A DNA stretch of 64,000 nucleotides. Origin: Octopus vulgaris (lineage: Eukaryota). Where the stretch lies: positions 30,938,001 to 31,002,000 of the forward strand of contig OX597826.1 in assembly GCA_951406725.2 (NCBI GenBank). Reading direction: 5' to 3'. Each line of letters starts with the position of its first letter. Within the stretch, counting starts at the first letter, position 1. Under the pieces are notes generated by a model. That model was not told the DNA's origin. It made no database searches and worked only from the letters and a program-made list of their open reading frames with translations. This document shows, piece by piece, positions 58,040-64,000 of this stretch. Both the position numbers and the translations under genes were made by a program.

Positions 58040-58230
58040 ATCAACACAAGGTCAGCAATTTCTGGGTGGAGAGAGTAAATCGATTATATCGATCCTAGTG
58101 CTCAACTGGTACATATTTTATCGACTCCGAAAGGATAAAAGTTTACGTCGGCGGAATTTGAACTCAGAACGTGAAGCCGGACGAAATGCCACTAAGCATT
58201 TTGTCAGACAAGCTAACAATTCTGCCACCT
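58040..58230 (-). mobile_element. SINE group B
   Basis: cgaaaggataaaa..cggcggaatttgaactcagaacg. Confidence 0.75.
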
Positions 58231-59046
58231 CATTTCCTAATTATGGTTCGTAATTTAGGCACAGGACAAGGTCAGCAATTTTGGGAGAAGTAAGGTAGTC
58301 GATATCATTGACCCTTGTAATTCAGTGGTGGAGGGTTTGTTGGACACAGTGTGATGCGGCTGTGATTATCGTCAGACCAAACTCTTCGTAAAGTGAATAC
58401 TGCCATGAACGATATCCAAACTACAGTGGAAAGGGCTAGCCACTGGATTTGGTTAAAAAGAAACAATGAGCAATGGCTAGAAGAATATTGATAACCAGTT
58501 GATCCAGCAAGCGGGGCCTCATATCAATGATGGAGCCCGGTGCACAAAGATGCCGTCGAGAGGTAGGCCCCGAAACGGCGCGCATTCTCTTCTGATGAAC
58601 CCTTACACTTGCTGGCTTTCGATATGCGGAGCTTTCGACTGGTAGCACTTGCATGTGCAAGTTGTTTGCAAAACATCTTATGTTTTCGTACCTGAGAAGA
58701 TGAAAAATGAAACCGTCCTGGGTGGAATCTGAACTCAGAACGTAACGAGCTGGAGAATCGTCGCAAGTGATACCTTTTGATGCTCTAACGATTCTGCCAA
58801 TCCACCACCCAGGAACATGTAGGATGGCGTAGCTCCTGATAAATAAAACATAAAGAAATAAACGGATTTGTGACGGGTGGAACGTCTTTGAGTTGGAGTG
58901 TGTTTACGACCCCGTAAATTAGCCGTTCGGCAAAAATGACCGATAGAATAAGTGCCAGACTTTAGGTTTAAAAAACGTGCTGGGATCGATTCATTCGACT
59001 AAAACACTCTTCAATGAGGTACTCCAGCATGGCTGCAGTCGACTGA

Positions 59047-59100
<54 letters not shown>

Positions 59101-59302
59101 AGGAATCGAGGTGTAGGACGAAAGTTAGCTTCAAGCAATCCGTAGCGAATATAAAAAAACAACTTTCAGGAACAAAAGTGGTTTATTGAAACAGAAAGTT
59201 GTGGATTATTTTTCTTTTATTGAAGAACGACGAGCTGACAAAAAGTTCTTTTCATATTCCTCGGTAGGCAACCATGGTTGCCGAGTGTGCGTAAAAGAAC
59301 AC

Positions 59303-59459
59303 AAGAGTTGCGGAAATCTGGACTACATATATTCTGATTGAATCGTTGTTTCAACATTTACCTCCTTGCGACAATGTAGCCTTTAATCTAATCAAGATAT
59401 CCCTGGCCTGAAGAGTAGCAAAGAAACATATGTAGCACAAATTCCATTCCGTAACTCTT
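59303..59459 (+). mobile_element. PLE-like fragment: hammerhead motif at 59405-59438 plus an inverted partial copy
   Basis: gc-CTGAAGA-gtagcaaa-GAAAC-ATAT-GTA-gc; 59303-59335 is a degenerate reverse complement of 59422-59459; abuts a (TA)n tract. Confidence 0.6.
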
Positions 59460-59468
59460 ATGTATATG

Positions 59469-59499
<31 letters not shown>

Positions 59500-60730
59500 G
59501 TATATGTATATATATATGTATATGTATGTATGTATATATATGTATATATATATGTGTGTGTGTATATATGTATGTATATATGTATATATATATATATATA
59601 TGTATATATATGTGTATGTGTATATGTATTGTATATGTATATGTATATATATATGTGTGTGTGTATATGTATATACATATATATATGTACGTATATATAT
59701 ATGTATGTATATATATGTATATGTATGTATATGTATATATGTATATATATGCATATGTATATTTATGTATCTATATGTATATGTATATATATGTATATGT
59801 ATATGTATATATATGTATATGTATATATTTGTATATATATGTATATATATGTATATGTATATATATGTATATGTATATGTACATATATGTATATATATAT
59901 ATATGTATATATATGTATATATATGTATATGTATATATATATGTATATGTATATATATACGTATATGTATATATATGTATATGTATATATATATGTATAT
60001 GTATATATATGTATATATATGTATATGTATATATATATGTATATGTATATATATGTATATGTATATATATATGTATATGTATATATATATGTATATGTAT
60101 ATGTATATATATGTATGTATATATATGTATATGTATATATATATATGTATATATATATATGTATATATATGTATATATATGTATATGTATATATATATGT
60201 ATATATATATGTAGATGTATATATATATATATGTATATATATATATGTATATATATATATGTATGTATATATATATATGTATGTATATATATATATGTAT
60301 ATATATGTATATGTATATGTATATATGTATGTATATATATATATGTATATATATGTATATGTATATGTATATATATATGTATATATATATGTATATATAT
60401 GTATATGTATATATCACCTTGACCGACCAGTCCGTCAGTCATCCACTTGACACCGCTGGTCACAGCACGCTGTCCACTTCTCTCTGGATCGCGCCTTTCT
60501 CATCCACGTGATCCCAATCGTCCTCCTGAAATCGTAACTCCACCGTCGTGGAGGTCTTCCGGGTGGTCTTTACCGCTCGCGCGGATACCACTCGACAACT
60601 GCGTGGGTTCACCGATTATTACATGTATATATATATATATATATATGTGTATATGTATATGTGTGTATGTGTATATGTGTATATGTGTATATGTATATAT
60701 ATGTATATATATATGTATATGTGTATATGC

Positions 60731-60772
<42 letters not shown>

Positions 60773-61114
60773 GTATGTATGTATATGTATATATATGTAT
60801 ATGTGTATATGTATATATATGTATATGTGTATATGTATATATATATGTATATGTGTATATATAAGTGTATATGTATACATATATGTATGTACATGTGTAT
60901 ATGTATACATATATGTATATGTGTATATGTATACATATATGTATATGTGTATATGTATACATATATGTATACATATATGTATATATATATGTATATGTGT
61001 ATATATATGTGTATATGTATACATACATGTATATATATATGTATATATATATATGTGTATATATATGTGTATATGTAGTATACATATGCATATATATGTG
61101 TATATGTATATATA

Positions 61115-61165
<51 letters not shown>

Positions 61166-61370
61166 ATATGTATATATATATGTGTGTGTATATGTATATA
61201 TATGTGTGTATATATATATATATATGTGTGTGTGTGTATATGTATATATATATGTGTGTGTATATGTATATATATGTGTGTATATGTATATATATATATG
61301 TGTGTGTATATGTATATATATATGTGTATATGTTTATATATATGTGTATATGTTTATATATATATATGTG

Positions 61371-61416
<46 letters not shown>

Positions 61417-61417
61417 G

Positions 61418-61453
<36 letters not shown>

Positions 61454-61461
61454 GGGTGTGG

Positions 61462-61492
<31 letters not shown>

Positions 61493-61497
61493 CATAT
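59460..61497. repeat. About 2-kb (TA)n/(TATATG)n tract interrupted by an RTE fragment
   Basis: Direct inspection. Confidence 0.95.
60414..60618 (-). mobile_element. RTE-clade LINE 3' end fragment
   Basis: Minus strand [46 protein letters not shown]; the W.P..R..GRP..RW..W..A..R..W pattern matches the RTE C-terminus. Confidence 0.8.
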
Positions 61498-61912
61498 AAT
61501 AAATGAAATACAATCAGACAGACAGGTCTGATGGCCGACGCACTGTCAGATTACGGTGAAGTTGATTATTTGAATCGGCTTATCACAGTTTGACAGCTTG
61601 CAGTATATAATAACCACAATATATATAATATAATATACAATATAATATAATATAATGATTGAAATCCTTAAGACGATGAATATTTAACGGTGGATAGAAT
61701 TGCTAATTAATAATAAAAAAAGGGCAGTGAGGCAGGCAAGAAGAGAAAGGAAGGGACAGAAAGAAGAGAAGGAGAGAATTTATTGAAGAGAGATGAATGT
61801 AGGGACCTAGAAGGTTTAAGGTCTCCATGACTTTGCTTTATGTATTAATACACTCACTCGTGCACACACACATGCATACATATATGCATACATGCATACA
61901 TGCCCATCATGC

Positions 61913-61966
<54 letters not shown>

Positions 61967-62342
61967 GCAAAGAGAGAAAGCTAGGGAGAAGAGCAAAAGA
62001 GTGTGTGTGTGTGTGTGTGTGAGAGAGAGATAGAGAGAGAGAGAGATAAACACGGCCCCGTTAATTAAAAAAGGGGATTAAGACGCGACTAATCTTAGTT
62101 TCAAACAAGCAGCTGTGGTTGTTTGAAGAATCCAGATAATGAAACAAGCTTGAGTGATAGACTGGCTGGCTGGTTGGCTGGCTGGCGGGAGATCTGGCTG
62201 GCAGGTTGGCTGGCTGGTTGGCTGGCTGGCTTTGTGTGTTTATCTGTCTATCTGTCTGTCTGTCTGACTGGGTGTAATATTGACCTTGAGTGTACTGCTT
62301 GAACTTCGTCCGTGCATAAGACGGTTTGAGATGCAACGGACA

Positions 62343-62690
62343 TTCTTTTCTACTCTAGGCACAAGGCGGGAAATTTTGGATGAGGTGGGGCCAGTCGATT
62401 AGATCGGCCCTATTCCGCAACTGGTACTTAATTTATCGACCCCGAAAGGATGAAAGGCAAAATCGACCTCGGCGGAATTTGAACACAGAACGTAGCGAAT
62501 ATTGTCAGCGCACTGGACAAAACGCTTAGCAGCATTTCGCCAGGATCTTTCTTTATGTTCTGAGTTCAAATCCCGCCAAAGTCGACTTTTGTCGATAAAA
62601 CAAAGTACCAATGAAATACTACGGGCAATGTAATCGATTTTCTATGACCCCTTGAAATTGCTGGCTTTGTACCAAAATTTGAAATCACCA
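62343..62690. mobile_element. Two SINE group B copies head-to-head (minus, then plus)
   Basis: 62343-62500 minus-strand body; 62520-62690 plus-strand body. Confidence 0.75.
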
Positions 62691-63179
62691 CTGCCGCCAC
62701 CGCAGCTGTTGTTGCTGTTGTTGTTGTCGTTTTCGCCCTTGTTGTTGTTGTTTATCTCTAGATCTACTCAGATTAAACAAATCTATTAATATATTAATTT
62801 ATAAAATATATTCCAAACCTCTCAATCCAGATTTTTCTTTCTTTTGTTCATACATAATGTACCTAGTACTGTATCATCAAATTTGTCCTTCATTTTTAAG
62901 GATGACAAGATGTGATATAAGAGAAGTTTGGCTGGTTTTACTGAACAAGCTAAATTACTTCATTGAGGGCACCCTCTTTAGATCGTAATACACACGAGGC
63001 GGTGAAACACTTGGTTTAATTAACATCCTACTACCCGCAAACTGTGACCATAAGAATACATTATAAATAATTATTATGGGGAGGGGGTAAATTTCTTCTT
63101 TTATTTTGGCCTCTCTTCTTCACTCAACGAATTGATACAAATCAAGAATCTATTCTTATTATTTCTGGTGTTATTCTGA

Positions 63180-63392
63180 AGGCAGTGAGCTGGTAGAATC
63201 ATTAGATCGTCGTGTAAAATGCTTAACGTAATTTCTTTCGTTTATTTATGTTCTAGGTTCAAATCCCACAGATTTTAATTTTCCCCCTCATCTTTTTGTG
63301 GTCGACAAAACAAGTACCAGTTAAGAAGAGGGACCGATATAATCGACTTTCTTTTGCCTTTAAAATTGCTTGCATTGTGCCAAGTTTAGAAA
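63180..63392 (+). mobile_element. SINE group B, degenerate
   Basis: ggcagtgagctggtagaatcattag..ggttcaaatccc..aagtaccagtt. Confidence 0.7.
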
Positions 63393-63794
63393 GGGAAATA
63401 GTTTTTATGGGTGTTCGATCTTAGTGTGCGGAACTTTCAATCAAAGGCATTACAGCCGCAACCTTCTCACGTTTTCCGATGCCTGAGACTACGTTTTCCA
63501 GTAAGTTCTTCCAGTTTTAGTCAGGAGGAAAGGTTGTGTGTCCTTGACCCTTTATAGGGCCTCCAGGGCTGAAGGGAGGGAATGACGAATATATCCTCAA
63601 ATCAGAGACTTGGCTCAAGTACGTGCAATAAAGTGGGGTCCGCTAAAGGTACCCATGGTAAATCAAGCGCTGGATTAAGAACATCAATATCATGAGATGT
63701 GGACTCAACGCATAAAGAAGCGGAACAAATACCACAAGGCACCAGGTTTGATCTTCTTATATAGTTTCACCAATCCACCACCTTCGATTAATAT

Positions 63795-63910
63795 CTATAT
63801 TATCGATACCGGAAGGATGAAAGGCAAAGTTGACCTTGCCGGAATTTGAACTCAGGGCGAAGAGTGTCGGAACAAGCGTCACGTTTTAACGATTCTGCCG
63901 ATCCTCCGCC
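63795..63910 (-). mobile_element. SINE group B fragment
   Basis: ggaaggatgaaaggcaaagttgacc..ggaatttgaactcag..aacgattctgcc. Confidence 0.75.
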
Positions 63911-64000
63911 AACGGCGGTAAGATATGATATTATGGAATTTAGTTGCTATTATTATCAGGTCGTATGAATGCATACAGCACCCCCACCACTGCTGACTCA

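Noticed and set aside
58570-58605. GAAAC..CTGATGA as a permuted hammerhead
   Set aside because: Stems I and II do not pair and there is no valid stem III/UH site

Overview
AT-rich, repeat-saturated eukaryotic non-coding DNA. The SINE, LINE and microsatellite content looks like an octopus (coleoid cephalopod) genome, which is an inference from repeat families only. Nearly all ORFs in the track are translations of (TA)n, (CA)n, (TAGA)n, (TATG)n or triplet repeats. The window holds three tRNA-derived SINE groups in many copies, CR1 and RTE LINE 3' fragments, Tc1/mariner-type MITEs, Helentron-like non-autonomous elements and possibly one tiny first coding exon (MDSCFTRQ, 19694-19717). The main hidden signal is a set of five mutually dissimilar small elements in or next to (TA)n/(TATG)n tracts, most with inverted partial copies. 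Each carries a minimal type I hammerhead ribozyme motif: C(T/C)GAnGA, stem II, GAAAC, a palindromic tetramer, then GT(A/C). One of them (4621-5410) can be rebuilt from its circularly permuted pieces into a closed 360-nt, highly structured monomer with no recognisable coding region, making it a candidate retrozyme/circular RNA. All of this was read by eye, and no folding or database search was run.
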